NCBI GenBank assembly: GCA_964419615.1
Contig: CAYQPU010000006.1
Location: 15,418 to 54,521 of the forward strand
Reading direction: 5' to 3'
From: an uncultured Methanosarcinales archaeon
GTDB lineage: Archaea > Nanobdellota > Nanobdellia > Woesearchaeales > JAGVZT01
Length of the DNA stretch: 39,104 bases
The translations under genes were made by a program, and so were the position numbers. The notes under the pieces were generated by a model. The model made no database searches and was not told the DNA's origin. It saw only the letters and a program-made list of their open reading frames with translations. This document shows, in pieces, positions 8,297 to 17,961 of this stretch. How positions within the stretch are numbered: the stretch's first letter is position 1; every line of letters starts with the position of its first letter.

Positions 8297-9961
8297 TTAA
8301 CCATTGACAATTTTGAACACTTTTCTTAAATCAATTTCAAATGCTGCTGCTGGCATTTCAAGTGTGAAATTTGATAATAGTTGAGGGTTTAGTTCGCCAA
8401 GTGTACCAATGGTTGTCTTTCCAATTTTTACTTCTGCGCACCTGCCTTCAATAAAAGATGGATGTTTTGCAGCTTTGACTGAACATTTTACACCAAGGCT
8501 GTTCATTAAGTAGTCAAGAATTTGCTTTGCTTGCGTGAATGATGATTCTTTTTGGCATAGTATCATAGATAATTTTGAGGTTTCCTTAATACCTGATTCA
8601 GTGTTTTTGTCTTTATTGAACACAATCCCTATTTCAAATAAGTTCTGGGGATATTCGTGATGTTTGTTTGTTCTAAGGACCTGAAGTAAACTTGGCAAGA
8701 GCCAGGTTCGAAGAATATTGTATTCAGAGCTTGAGGCTTTTTCCAGTTCAATGTAGTTTGTTTCCAGTAATGAGTTTTCAATTAGGTCTTTTTCATTGAT
8801 TAAGTGGAATGTGCTTGCTTCAATTAGTTCAAAACCAATCAAAGATTCTGCAATTTTTCTTTTAAATATCTCAAATTTGTCTTCTTGGCCTATTGTTGCA
8901 ACATTTGGAATTTCTTCTTGGAAATTTTCGTATCCATAAGCGATTGCAATATCTTCTACCAGATCTACTTGGTGCATTATGTCAGTCCTATAAGCTGGGA
9001 CAATTACTTCTCCCTTTTCATAACCAAAGCCCATCCTTTCCAAATATTTTTTAAATTCTTTGTCACTCAAAGTGAGTCCGAGCCTCTTATTAACATATTT
9101 GTGATCCACCTTCATTTTACTTGGTTTTAGGTCAGGAGTTGCTATTGTTTTGTTAGGATATTCAATATCCAAACTGTAAATATCTCCACCCATATCTGCA
9201 AACATTGTGACGAAAATGTTCAATGCATGATTAACATTATTCAGATCAGTACCAGTACATTCAATAAAAACTTCTTTAGTTGATTCATCAACTTTTCCAG
9301 TATCATGAGAATTAGTGTATGGAAGCATACACATAACATTTTCTTTTGAATCGATAAAAAAAGGATATTTAGTATATCCTTGTTTCCTCCAAGAATCTGC
9401 TATATGTTTGTATTTTGGAGCAGTTGGATGGACTTCCTCAGTTTTTATTGCCAGCATTTTTTCTTCAAATCCTAATGGTTGGAACATAATTTTTCTAGGA
9501 TCTCTTGTTGTATATCTAATTGGAAATGTTACATTATCAGTTGGGTAAACACCATATGCTGATTTTTTCCTTCCTCTACCGTGTGTGGTAGCCAGTTTTT
9601 CTTGCATGTGCATTACTTCAATAATTCTCTCATTAGTAAATTTTACATTTCTTATAATTGCACACGCAGTGTAGGGTCTCATTTTTACTGAGCTATCAAC
9701 AATCACTTTATAACCTGATTTTTTAACATTGTATTTTCTAAGTCCAGTTTTAACACCTATGAATGATGATAGTGCACGTGCAAAACCTTGCTCACTTAAC
9801 ATGTCTGGTCTGTTTGGGAATACTTCTACTGAGATTTGGTCTCCTTTTATACCATCTAAGTCTGTACCTAAGTAAGAGATTCTGTCTTTTAGCTTTTCCA
9901 AGCTAAGTTTCTTTCCTACTAATGATTCCAAGACTTTTTTGTTTAAGTGTACTGTTGGCAT
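8297..9961 (-). CDS. pheT: Phenylalanine--tRNA ligase beta subunit (archaeal type)
   Basis: PNRPDMLS, PAYRTDIMHQVDLVEDIAIAYGY and YPQNLFEIG. Confidence 0.96.
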   Translation of the reverse strand: MPTVHLNKKVLESLVGKKLSLEKLKDRISYLGTDLDGIKGDQISVEVFPNRPDMLSEQGFARALSSFIGVKTGLRKYNVKKSGYKVIVDSSVKMRPYTACAIIRNVKFTNERIIEVMHMQEKLATTHGRGRKKSAYGVYPTDNVTFPIRYTTRDPRKIMFQPLGFEEKMLAIKTEEVHPTAPKYKHIADSWRKQGYTKYPFFIDSKENVMCMLPYTNSHDTGKVDESTKEVFIECTGTDLNNVNHALNIFVTMFADMGGDIYSLDIEYPNKTIATPDLKPSKMKVDHKYVNKRLGLTLSDKEFKKYLERMGFGYEKGEVIVPAYRTDIMHQVDLVEDIAIAYGYENFQEEIPNVATIGQEDKFEIFKRKIAESLIGFELIEASTFHLINEKDLIENSLLETNYIELEKASSSEYNILRTWLLPSLLQVLRTNKHHEYPQNLFEIGIVFNKDKNTESGIKETSKLSMILCQKESSFTQAKQILDYLMNSLGVKCSVKAAKHPSFIEGRCAEVKIGKTTIGTLGELNPQLLSNFTLEMPAAAFEIDLRKVFKIVNG

Positions 9962-10506
9962 TATAGTAACCTGTTTAGTTTTTCCATTGTTGTTTTGACA
10001 GTTGTTTTTCCAAACTCATCATTTTCAAAAGGTTCGTGAGCAGTTCCTCCAAAGTGAGCATCATCTCCAATCACCACCATTCCATGTATATGCATTGCTG
10101 CCATGATATCAATGATGGTTAATTCCTGGCCACCATTCCTACTTCCACCTACAGCTAGAACTGCTCCAAGTTTGTCTCTTAGTCTCATGTTGTTTCTTCT
10201 TAGCCCAACAGTTCTGTCAATTAATGTTTTCATTTGGCCAGTCATGCTTCCCATGTATACCGGAGATACAAATACAATTGCGTTTGCTTTGTCAAGTTCT
10301 TTGTTAATGTCATTCATATCATCTTTTTGTATGCAAATTCCTTCTTTTTTGCAGTAACCACATGCAGTACAAAAGTTGATTTCCTTTTCTGCAACATGAA
10401 CAACTGAATAAGTATGATTTTTGTTGACTAATGATGTGGCATACTCAACTATTTTAGAGCTGTTTTGTTTTCTTGGACTGCCATTAATGAATGTTATGTG
10501 TGCCAT
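9961..10506 (-). CDS. Iron-sulfur flavoprotein (Isf)/NADPH-dependent FMN reductase family
   Basis: GSPRK, Cx2Cx2Cx5C (CTACGYCKKEGIC), SPVYMG and GGQELT. TAATG overlap with pheT. Confidence 0.88.
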   Translation of the reverse strand: MAHITFINGSPRKQNSSKIVEYATSLVNKNHTYSVVHVAEKEINFCTACGYCKKEGICIQKDDMNDINKELDKANAIVFVSPVYMGSMTGQMKTLIDRTVGLRRNNMRLRDKLGAVLAVGGSRNGGQELTIIDIMAAMHIHGMVVIGDDAHFGGTAHEPFENDEFGKTTVKTTMEKLNRLL

Positions 10507-10515
10507 TTTGTTTTT

Positions 10516-12027
10516 TTATTTTAACCATAGTTTCATTTGTTTTATTTGCTCTAGATCATTTTTGTATAGATCTCGAATATCTGCTAAGTTATAATACTCT
10601 AGGATTGATCTATCAAAACCAAGTCCCCAAGCAATTACTGGGATTTCTGTTCCAAACAATGGTTTTGTTAATTCTGGTCTGAATATTCCAGAACCACCAA
10701 GTTCCATCCATTCTTTTCTTACTGGATGAAATACATCTACCTCAGCTGAGGGTTCTGTATAAGGGAAATAACCTGGCCTGACTCTGACTTTTGGATAACC
10801 CATTCTTATAAAGAAATTTTTAAGATAGCCAATCAGGTTTCTAAAGTTTGCATCTGGATCAACAACTATTCCTTCTACTTGGATTAGTTCAAATAAATGG
10901 CTCCAGTCTAGTGTTTCGTTTCTAAAATTTTTTCCGACTGCGAAAAACTTTGCTGGCAGATCCTGTTTTTTAAGGTTTGAGATGTATCTGGCACTTAAGC
11001 AAGTTGTATGTGTTCTTAAAACATTTCTCATTGCCTCTTCTGGGTTCCACTTGTATTGCCAGCCTTTACTGCCTGTTGTCCAGCCGTTTTCATGAGTTTT
11101 TTTTACTCTTTGCACAACTTCTGGCTTGACTAGTTTTCCTGTTCTTGGTTCTTTTATGTAATATGTGTCCTGCATATCTCTAACAGGATGGTCTTGTGCT
11201 GTGAACAGTGCATCAAAATTCCAAAAACCAGTTTGAACAAGCGGACCCTGCATTTCCTTAAACCCAAGCTCTAACCAAATTTTTTTTACATAGTCTATTG
11301 CCTGGTTTGTAAAGTGCCGCTTTCCAGGATATATTGTTGGGACATTTATTTCAACGTCATATTGTCTGAAGGTTTTTCCTTTCCAAGTGCTGTTTTTTAG
11401 CATTCCAGTTGTTACATTTTCCACAAGTTCTTGTGTTAGATCTGCTTTGACAAGCTCTTTTCCAAGTTGGCTTAATTTGACTAGTTTTGTTTTACGAGTT
11501 TTTAACTTGAAAATGTCTTTTCTTTCTAATAAGGAATCTGCAATTTGTTTTTCGGTTTTAGATAGATTATCATATAGAATAGGAAATTCCTTGTTGAAAA
11601 TGGTTTGGTTATTCTTTAGAGTGTTTAGTGTTTTTTTACCTAGACTGGTGATCTTAATAATCCCTTTATCAAATGTTATGGAGTCCTTTCTAAACATACC
11701 TATACAAACATTGATTTCGCTTTTTTCCAAAACTTTGCTTAATTGTTTAATTGCAGTTGGTTTTTGGACTGTTTGTAAGAATCTAACTTCAGGAAGGCCT
11801 TTTTTTTGGTAGAGCTTTCCATTTTTGTCTAGATGGAGGTAGTCTTTTGTTTGTTTTTTTAATTGAAGAGCTTTTTTGTTTTCAAGCCATTGTAGTGCTC
11901 TGATTACTTCTACTTGCTTAAGCCCTGAATTCTTAGCAATTTCTAGTTCATCTGCATCATCTTTTAAGTGTGGAACAGTTTTTCTTTCCAATGGATGAAG
12001 TGTTTTAACTACTTGCTCTACTTTCAT
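10516..12027 (-). CDS. pheS: Phenylalanine--tRNA ligase alpha subunit (archaeal type)
   Basis: FWNFDALF..QDHP, LRTHTT, FRNE, YFPYTEPS and GIFRPE. Confidence 0.96.
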   Translation of the reverse strand: MKVEQVVKTLHPLERKTVPHLKDDADELEIAKNSGLKQVEVIRALQWLENKKALQLKKQTKDYLHLDKNGKLYQKKGLPEVRFLQTVQKPTAIKQLSKVLEKSEINVCIGMFRKDSITFDKGIIKITSLGKKTLNTLKNNQTIFNKEFPILYDNLSKTEKQIADSLLERKDIFKLKTRKTKLVKLSQLGKELVKADLTQELVENVTTGMLKNSTWKGKTFRQYDVEINVPTIYPGKRHFTNQAIDYVKKIWLELGFKEMQGPLVQTGFWNFDALFTAQDHPVRDMQDTYYIKEPRTGKLVKPEVVQRVKKTHENGWTTGSKGWQYKWNPEEAMRNVLRTHTTCLSARYISNLKKQDLPAKFFAVGKNFRNETLDWSHLFELIQVEGIVVDPDANFRNLIGYLKNFFIRMGYPKVRVRPGYFPYTEPSAEVDVFHPVRKEWMELGGSGIFRPELTKPLFGTEIPVIAWGLGFDRSILEYYNLADIRDLYKNDLEQIKQMKLWLK

Positions 12028-12061
12028 TAAATAAAGAGTTCAGGATTGTGATTTATATAGT

Positions 12062-13135
12062 TTATTGTTTTTCTTTAGTATTAATACCAGATAATCTTTT
12101 TTCAATGTTTTCAATTTGAAAATCAAAAAAACCAGCCAGGTGTTCATCTTCCCATAGATCCTTTTTCTCCAAAAGCACACCTATATGCTCTCTTTCTCCA
12201 TATTTACCAAAATCAGGTAATACATCTTCACAGAAAATCCAACTACTTGTTTCTGGATCAAGATATTCTTCAAATACATGCAATTGTGCGGATCCACCTA
12301 TTTTAAGCATTGCTTCTTTTAGAGCCCAACTTGGAGACCTGCTTCCTTGCCAATATCCTTCAACAAATGATTGTCCATACCATGTGCCAATGTTTGGAGG
12401 TAATGAGTTTTGATTATGTAGTTTAAATAAAGCCTGTAGGGATTCCTGGCTTCCAATTTCTCCGATGATATAGACAATCCATTCTCGTGCACCTGAATCA
12501 ATTGATCTATTTGATGCCAATTCTAATATTTTTCCAATATTAGAAAAACTATCACTTCGTGCAAGAAACTTGCTTGCCTTTTCATATGCTCTTTGGTATT
12601 CATCTCTGTCCCAAAGATTACTTACATTATCCTGGACATCTTGGGCTGAGTATAATCTGATTCTGTTTTGACTAAGATGTTTTCCAATTTTTTCAAGCAT
12701 TGATACAGCCAAGGGCTCTGCTGCTCTAACATCCCATTTGTCAATTATAAACGCACCAGTATAAACAGCACTTGCTGAGTCTCTCATTATTAATTCACAT
12801 GCTGCAGTTTCAACCCAAGGATTATCATCATGTTTTACAGGAATCCATTTATCATAGTTTCCTTCTCTTTCTGACCAAAATGAATGTTGCAGATAATCAC
12901 TTCTAAAGGCTTCTTTTTCTTTAGTAGTTAGTACATCCACTGCCCAATGAGACTGACCTGTTAAAAAATTATATAGAAATTCTTGTTGATTTTCCCAATC
13001 AAGATTATCTGTAATCCAAGTTACAGTTTCTCTTCTTTTTTCTATTATCGTTGGATCCATATCTCTTGTTATGTGTGGTCCAAGAGGTAGTGTTTCCTTA
13101 AGATAGTCAAATGCATTGTTTATTGTTTTATACAT
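12062..13135 (-). CDS. Hypothetical protein with C-terminal HEAT/PBS-lyase-like repeats
   Basis: 357-aa ORF with repeating helix-G-helix units (IIGEIGSQESLQAL, MLKIGGSAQLHVF, FGKYGEREHIGVL). Confidence 0.6.
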   Translation of the reverse strand: MYKTINNAFDYLKETLPLGPHITRDMDPTIIEKRRETVTWITDNLDWENQQEFLYNFLTGQSHWAVDVLTTKEKEAFRSDYLQHSFWSEREGNYDKWIPVKHDDNPWVETAACELIMRDSASAVYTGAFIIDKWDVRAAEPLAVSMLEKIGKHLSQNRIRLYSAQDVQDNVSNLWDRDEYQRAYEKASKFLARSDSFSNIGKILELASNRSIDSGAREWIVYIIGEIGSQESLQALFKLHNQNSLPPNIGTWYGQSFVEGYWQGSRSPSWALKEAMLKIGGSAQLHVFEEYLDPETSSWIFCEDVLPDFGKYGEREHIGVLLEKKDLWEDEHLAGFFDFQIENIEKRLSGINTKEKQ

Positions 13136-13182
13136 TTTTTTAATGGTTTGGATTTTTTGTTTTTGTTAATCGTGTTTTCTAC

Positions 13183-13596
13183 CTAGTACATAGTTGTTAC
13201 AAATGCTGCACATCTTTCCTCTTCATTATCTGGCCAAAAACACAGATCAGATAGTATTATTTCACCAGTCATTTCAGCTTCACCTGCAGCCACTTTCTCC
13301 TCAAGTAGTTCCTTTGCAGCGTATCGATCAATTACCTCCACTTCATATTTTCTCATTGTTTCTGGCATTTCAACATTGTAACTATAAACAAAAACCGATC
13401 CTTCAGTTGGCAAATCAAATTGCATTCTGACAAAGACATCATTTTCTATTGTGGCTTCACCGGGATACAGGGTAGAGATTAGGTCTGCTCCACCAAAAAG
13501 ATTATTACCACATAAAATCCCAAACTCACTGCTTCCTTTAATAAGATAACAGGCAAGCCCCATATATGCACCCATAATTAAATCTTGATTTTCCAT
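13183..13596 (-). CDS. Hypothetical acidic protein
   Basis: 137-aa ORF with GGTGA-type SD upstream; no family recognised. Confidence 0.6.
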   Translation of the reverse strand: MENQDLIMGAYMGLACYLIKGSSEFGILCGNNLFGGADLISTLYPGEATIENDVFVRMQFDLPTEGSVFVYSYNVEMPETMRKYEVEVIDRYAAKELLEEKVAAGEAEMTGEIILSDLCFWPDNEEERCAAFVTTMY

Positions 13597-13674
13597 CTAA
13601 CTTCACCATACTTAGCTAATGGGATTTAGATTAAGATTGTTAACGTGTTACTATACTTACGAGTAGTATTTTGC

Positions 13675-13688
13675 AATAGATTTATATA
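13675..13688 (+). promoter_or_regulatory. BRE-TATA for the phoU-like gene (leaderless)
   Basis: AATAGATTTATATA, ending 23 nt before ATG13711. Confidence 0.6.
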
Positions 13689-13710
13689 TTTTAAAAAGGT
13701 CCCAGTATAT

Positions 13711-14592
13711 ATGAAACGTAAAATTTCTATGGTTGGCAGGAGTTCTTTAGCAGTTACTTTGCCATCAAAGTGGGCCAAGAAGTTTGGCATTACAAAAGGA
13801 GATTTGGTTTCTGTAAAATAAGACGGTAAAAACTTACATATTTCTGTTGATAAAGTAAAATCAGAAAAAGCGGTTGTCCAGATTGATGGTATGGATTCAA
13901 CTGTTGTTTGGCGATATATGCTGTGCTACTATAAACTGGGATTTGATAAAATTGAAGTAAGGTTTGACTCAAATAAAGTTAAAGCTGCAGGAAGGAGAAA
14001 AGAATTTGGCAAGGTTGATGTTTTTGATTTAATGCATGATATTGAACAAGGTCTTGTTGGTATGGATATAGTTAAGGAAGATGAAAATAAAGTAGTGTTT
14101 AAAGAATTGGCAGAGATTAATGAAAAGGAATTTGATAATGCATTAAGAAGGATCTTTCTGTTGATTAAAAGAATGGGTTCAAAGCTAGATGATTCAAAAA
14201 AAGTCCAGGAAATTGATTTGACGGTGAATAGGCTTTGTGTTTATTGTGAAAGAATTTTAACAAAAAAACAGATTGGTGCAGGATCCAAAGCGCATCTGCA
14301 TTATTCACTTGTAAACTTGCTTGAACAGATTGGTGATGAGTATAAAGAAATATCAAAAGTATATTCAAAGAGAAATGCTACAGCTGCTTTGCAAGTAAAT
14401 AAATTAATGGAATTGTTTTATGACTGCAATTATAAGTTTTCAACCGAAAGTGTGCAAAAGAATTGTTCAAAGTGCACTGAATTAAAATCTGCGTTGCAGT
14501 CAAGTAGTAATAAGGTTTTGAGTTTTCATTTATTATCAATAATAGATTTGATTAAGAATGGCATGCAGATTTTAATTGAACTTAACGCTTAG
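13711..14592 (+). pseudogene. AbrB/SpoVT-PhoU archaeal phosphate-uptake-regulator-like gene interrupted by an in-frame TAA (13819-13821)
   Basis: Hand translation from ATG13711 gives MKRKISMVGRSSLAVTLPSKWAKKFGITKGDLVSVK*DGKNLHI..., in frame with the 13891 ORF (KELAEINEKEFDNALRRIF, LEQIGD PhoU repeats). Confidence 0.85.
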
Positions 14593-14797
14593 CTGCAAGT
14601 TTGATGTCCCCTTCTTGAATTGTTTTTCTGCCTGTGTGTCTAGCAATTTTATCAGCTTGCACTGAGATATCTTCTGCAATATCTGTTAAGATTTCTGCAA
14701 ACAAATCAACTGCATCTGCTGACACTCTTTTTGCTCCAGCTTTGTACAATATCCGTGCAATTGGTGCTCTGGGGATTGTGTGTGTTTTTCTTGACAT
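14582..14797 (-). CDS. Archaeal histone (HMf family)
   Basis: IPRAPIARI..AGAKRVSADA...ARHTGRKTIQEGDIKLA histone fold. Confidence 0.95.
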   Translation of the reverse strand: MSRKTHTIPRAPIARILYKAGAKRVSADAVDLFAEILTDIAEDISVQADKIARHTGRKTIQEGDIKLAAKR

Positions 14798-14853
14798 TTG
14801 CTTACCTAAGGTAAAAATTGAAGTTAAGGTATAAATATGTTTTGTATTAATCT

Positions 14854-15858
14854 CTAAGATACCTGTAATAATCCCTCAAGACTAGCAACTATTTCTTGAT
14901 CTCCTTGTTTAAGATGTTTGCATAATTTGCATACATTTTTTGTATTTGGTAATTCATAACCAGGGAATTGTTCTTCAATAAAGGATACTACACTTGGAAC
15001 ACTGTGTATCCTTAGTGTATTTGAAACAATGTCTGCGTTTGCTGCAATCCTTAATTCATCAGCGGTTATTTCCTCTCCCATTTTATTAGTTATCAGTAGG
15101 TTTTCATCAAATATTCCACCGAGAGCGCAGCATCTGTAAACACCTTTTTCTTCTTCGGATATAGGAGCTAACGTAAGAGTTTGATTATGGCAATAGAAAC
15201 TAACTTGCTCTTGAAGACCTTTCATTCCAATTGCTCTCCCTACTTCCTCTACAGGCCAAGGAAACATTCTATAGGTAACAGTTGCTGTCTGATCAGGTTC
15301 ACTAATTATTACTGCAAAATTACCTTGTTTAAAATCCCATGTACAGGAATAATTATCAAAAGTTAGTGCATTACTTATTTCATGCAACACGTTATTTTTA
15401 GATTTATTTGGAGTTTCTATGACATTTAATCTAAGAAGATTAGCACCATTTGTTTCGATATTCTTGTATGTTAATGCTAATAAGAAATTCACTACATGAT
15501 CAACAGGTACAAATTCTTGATGACCTTCTCCAACACTTGTTGACCACTCTGCACTATCATATTTATCAATTATTATTTTTGCTTTTGATAGTGATGAAGC
15601 CCACTGCATATTGGAATTAATGTTTGTCTTAATACCATAACTGTTGCCTACCTCAATAGCTCTTTTCAAATGCTCTGGATATAAAATTGACTCTCCACCA
15701 CTTAATCCATTGAGTTCTTCCCCAAATTGGGCATTTATTTCAATCCAACTTTCAACATCATTAAATCCCAATTGAGGATTATACCTATCCATACCAGATT
15801 CATTGCAGCAATATTTGCATCGAGATCCGCATCCATATCCAAAAAATGTTCCAAACAT
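14854..15858 (-). CDS. Radical SAM enzyme, YydG/EpeE (peptide epimerase)-like
   Basis: C10xxxC14xxC17C18, SGGES, SNMQWAS, TSVGEGHQEFVP, EVGRA, C223, YRC243C244 and C310xxC313, collinear with the YydG motif order. Confidence 0.78.
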   Translation of the reverse strand: MFGTFFGYGCGSRCKYCCNESGMDRYNPQLGFNDVESWIEINAQFGEELNGLSGGESILYPEHLKRAIEVGNSYGIKTNINSNMQWASSLSKAKIIIDKYDSAEWSTSVGEGHQEFVPVDHVVNFLLALTYKNIETNGANLLRLNVIETPNKSKNNVLHEISNALTFDNYSCTWDFKQGNFAVIISEPDQTATVTYRMFPWPVEEVGRAIGMKGLQEQVSFYCHNQTLTLAPISEEEKGVYRCCALGGIFDENLLITNKMGEEITADELRIAANADIVSNTLRIHSVPSVVSFIEEQFPGYELPNTKNVCKLCKHLKQGDQEIVASLEGLLQVS

Positions 15859-15926
15859 TGTGAATCAATAAAACTAATTATTGTTATTTAAATCTTTTGT
15901 TTATTAACTACCTCAGAGTGATTAAG

Positions 15927-15940
15927 ATAAGATTTATATA
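15927..15940 (+). promoter_or_regulatory. BRE-TATA for the 15963 gene (leaderless)
   Basis: ATAAGATTTATATA, ending 23 nt before ATG15963. Confidence 0.6.
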
Positions 15941-15962
15941 CAACAAACCCAAATATTAAATT

Positions 15963-16397
15963 ATGTTTAAGAATAAGTTTGTTTTTGCAATTGCCATTTG
16001 TCTATTGTATATTCCTATGGTATTTATGGCTGTAAACACTTTTTTTCCAGAGATTCCAGATAATGATTGTTACGCAGCAAGGCCATTGGTTGAGACAAAT
16101 GAATCCATAAAGGCAAGTGAAGAGATGAGGGAATGTGAACAAGCTTATGAAAAGGAAAGAGAAAAATATGATGGGTGGAAGTTTATTTTTATTATGATTG
16201 TTAATATTATTGCCACCTTTGTTATGCTTTTTAAACTTGAAGCAAGTATTGTTTATGGTTTGTTTTTTGGAGTGGTTATAACTGCTTTTAGTGCAACAAT
16301 TAGATATATGGAGTCAAGGTCAATTCCGGGATTTGCATTATTGGTTATATTATTTGGAATGATTATTTATTTTATTAGTTCTAAAAAGAAAAAATAA
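15963..16397 (+). CDS. Integral membrane protein (about 4 TM) with a Cys-flanked extracellular loop
   Basis: Four hydrophobic segments, a DNDC...REC loop and a poly-Lys C-terminus. Confidence 0.75.
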   Translation: MFKNKFVFAIAICLLYIPMVFMAVNTFFPEIPDNDCYAARPLVETNESIKASEEMRECEQAYEKEREKYDGWKFIFIMIVNIIATFVMLFKLEASIVYGLFFGVVITAFSATIRYMESRSIPGFALLVILFGMIIYFISSKKKK

Positions 16398-16447
16398 TAG
16401 TCTATAAATATCAAACATGTTTTCCCAATTATTAAAAGTGTACAAAA

Positions 16448-16717
16448 ATGGAAATAGAATATATTCAGGAAAAAGTGTTAAGTGTAATGAGACAGCAATT
16501 TGGAATTGAAAAGATAGATTTAGATCAGGATCTAGGAAACCTTGAAGGTGTTGAATATGATTTTTTAGAGCAGATTGGACTAATTGTTTCTTATGAAGAT
16601 ATGTTCCCCAATTACAAACCAGGACCTAATAATGGGGGAATCGAAGGATATTTACTAGGTGAACCTGATGTGACTCCAGAAAAAATTGCTCAACATATAT
16701 ATGATCATTTAGAGTAG
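16448..16717 (+). CDS. Acyl-carrier-protein-like small acidic protein lacking the phosphopantetheine Ser
   Basis: IQEKVLSVMRQQFGI (helix I), DFLEQIGLIVSYEDMF (cf. DSLDTVELVMALEEEF) and TPEKIAQHI (helix IV). Confidence 0.55.
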   Translation: MEIEYIQEKVLSVMRQQFGIEKIDLDQDLGNLEGVEYDFLEQIGLIVSYEDMFPNYKPGPNNGGIEGYLLGEPDVTPEKIAQHIYDHLE

Positions 16718-16728
16718 AATTAAAAAAT

Positions 16729-17094
16729 TCAACAGGGTAGTCCAAATTGTGGCCACATATATTCAATTCCTTGTTCTTCAAAGAGTGCTACTACAGCTAT
16801 ACTAAGGTCTTTTGTTAAATCATACCCTAATTTACTTGGAACATAGCCTGTAAACATTGAACCTTTTCCAGGAATATCAATTTGAATCCAAAGATATTCT
16901 CCTTGTTGTAATCCATGAGTGTTTTCTATGTCTCTTGTTCGAGGATATGGTTGATATAAAGTATTAAACTTCATTGACTCACCTTCTTCTGGTGTGCCCC
17001 ATGTATCAATTGTACTGTTAATGTGTAAAGCTACTTTTGCTCTTAATTCATCAGTAATTGTTGCTTTGCTTAACTTTTTTTGTAGAGTATCCAT
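16729..17094 (-). CDS. Hypothetical protein
   Basis: 121-aa ORF with GAGGT SD and an upstream TATA-like element; no family recognised. Confidence 0.6.
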   Translation of the reverse strand: MDTLQKKLSKATITDELRAKVALHINSTIDTWGTPEEGESMKFNTLYQPYPRTRDIENTHGLQQGEYLWIQIDIPGKGSMFTGYVPSKLGYDLTKDLSIAVVALFEEQGIEYMWPQFGLPC

Positions 17095-17177
17095 TTTTGA
17101 CCTCGTTACTGTTAAGGAAATGAAATTGGATATATATAATTTGTTAATAGATACGCTAGGTTAGCTTTATATGTATT

Positions 17178-17930
17178 TTACTTTTGAATATGCATTTTCC
17201 CACGCTGCCAATCCTGGAGTACTTTTCGTGAGAATCTCAGTAAATCGGGTTTGCCGCCTTTCATTAAGATTTTCTTTTTTATGGCTGCTGTTTCTAAGAA
17301 ATCATAACCATCTCCAGAGTATTTCTCATCAAAATAATCTTCAAATAGTTTTGGGAATTTTTCAATTAGTTTTGCAGCATAATAATCCGGATCCTTGATC
17401 TGTTGGGGATTAGTTGAACCAATCATTATTCTTTTTTCCATATCTTGCTCTTTAAATGATAAGACTCCTGGGGTGTCAATTAGTTTTAGTTTTCCTTTTG
17501 CACTGAAGAACTGCGCTCCTCTTGTCTGACCTGAGGTGCTGCTAACTCTGGCTGATTTCCTCCCTTTTAACAGATTAATAACTGAACTTTTCCCTACATT
17601 TGGATAACCAAGTACTCCTACTGTACATTTTTCACCTTGCGAAAATTCAAGAATTTTTTTAAATAACAAGGTTCCACCTAGTTTTTCTTTGTTTGACACA
17701 AATACTCCTGGAACATATTTTTTACTGAGTTTTTCCATTTCCTCTTTTGAAACAAGATCACATTTATTCAGGACATAGATTAAGGTTTTGTCCGCCTTTC
17801 GGATTTTGTGTTCGATTTCCCTGCTCCTTGTTAGGTCAGGCATTCTTGAGTCTAACACTAATAGCAGGATATCAGCATTACCTATTACTTTGTTTACAAC
17901 TCTCCAAAAATTTGCCATAATTAATATCAA
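17178..17930 (-). CDS. Circularly permuted ribosome-biogenesis GTPase (YlqF/RbgA family)
   Basis: G4 NKCD precedes G1 GYPNVGKSS, G2 T and G3 DTPG. Confidence 0.92.
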   Translation of the reverse strand: MILIMANFWRVVNKVIGNADILLLVLDSRMPDLTRSREIEHKIRKADKTLIYVLNKCDLVSKEEMEKLSKKYVPGVFVSNKEKLGGTLLFKKILEFSQGEKCTVGVLGYPNVGKSSVINLLKGRKSARVSSTSGQTRGAQFFSAKGKLKLIDTPGVLSFKEQDMEKRIMIGSTNPQQIKDPDYYAAKLIEKFPKLFEDYFDEKYSGDGYDFLETAAIKKKILMKGGKPDLLRFSRKVLQDWQRGKMHIQK

Positions 17931-17961
17931 CTAAAGCTCTGAATATAAATGTATAGCACAA

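Noticed and set aside
5200-14592. Stop-codon reassignment (TGA=Trp/Gly) explaining the internal stops
   Set aside because: TGA ends several genes in ATGA overlaps, Trp is encoded by TGG throughout, and the second internal stop is TAA.
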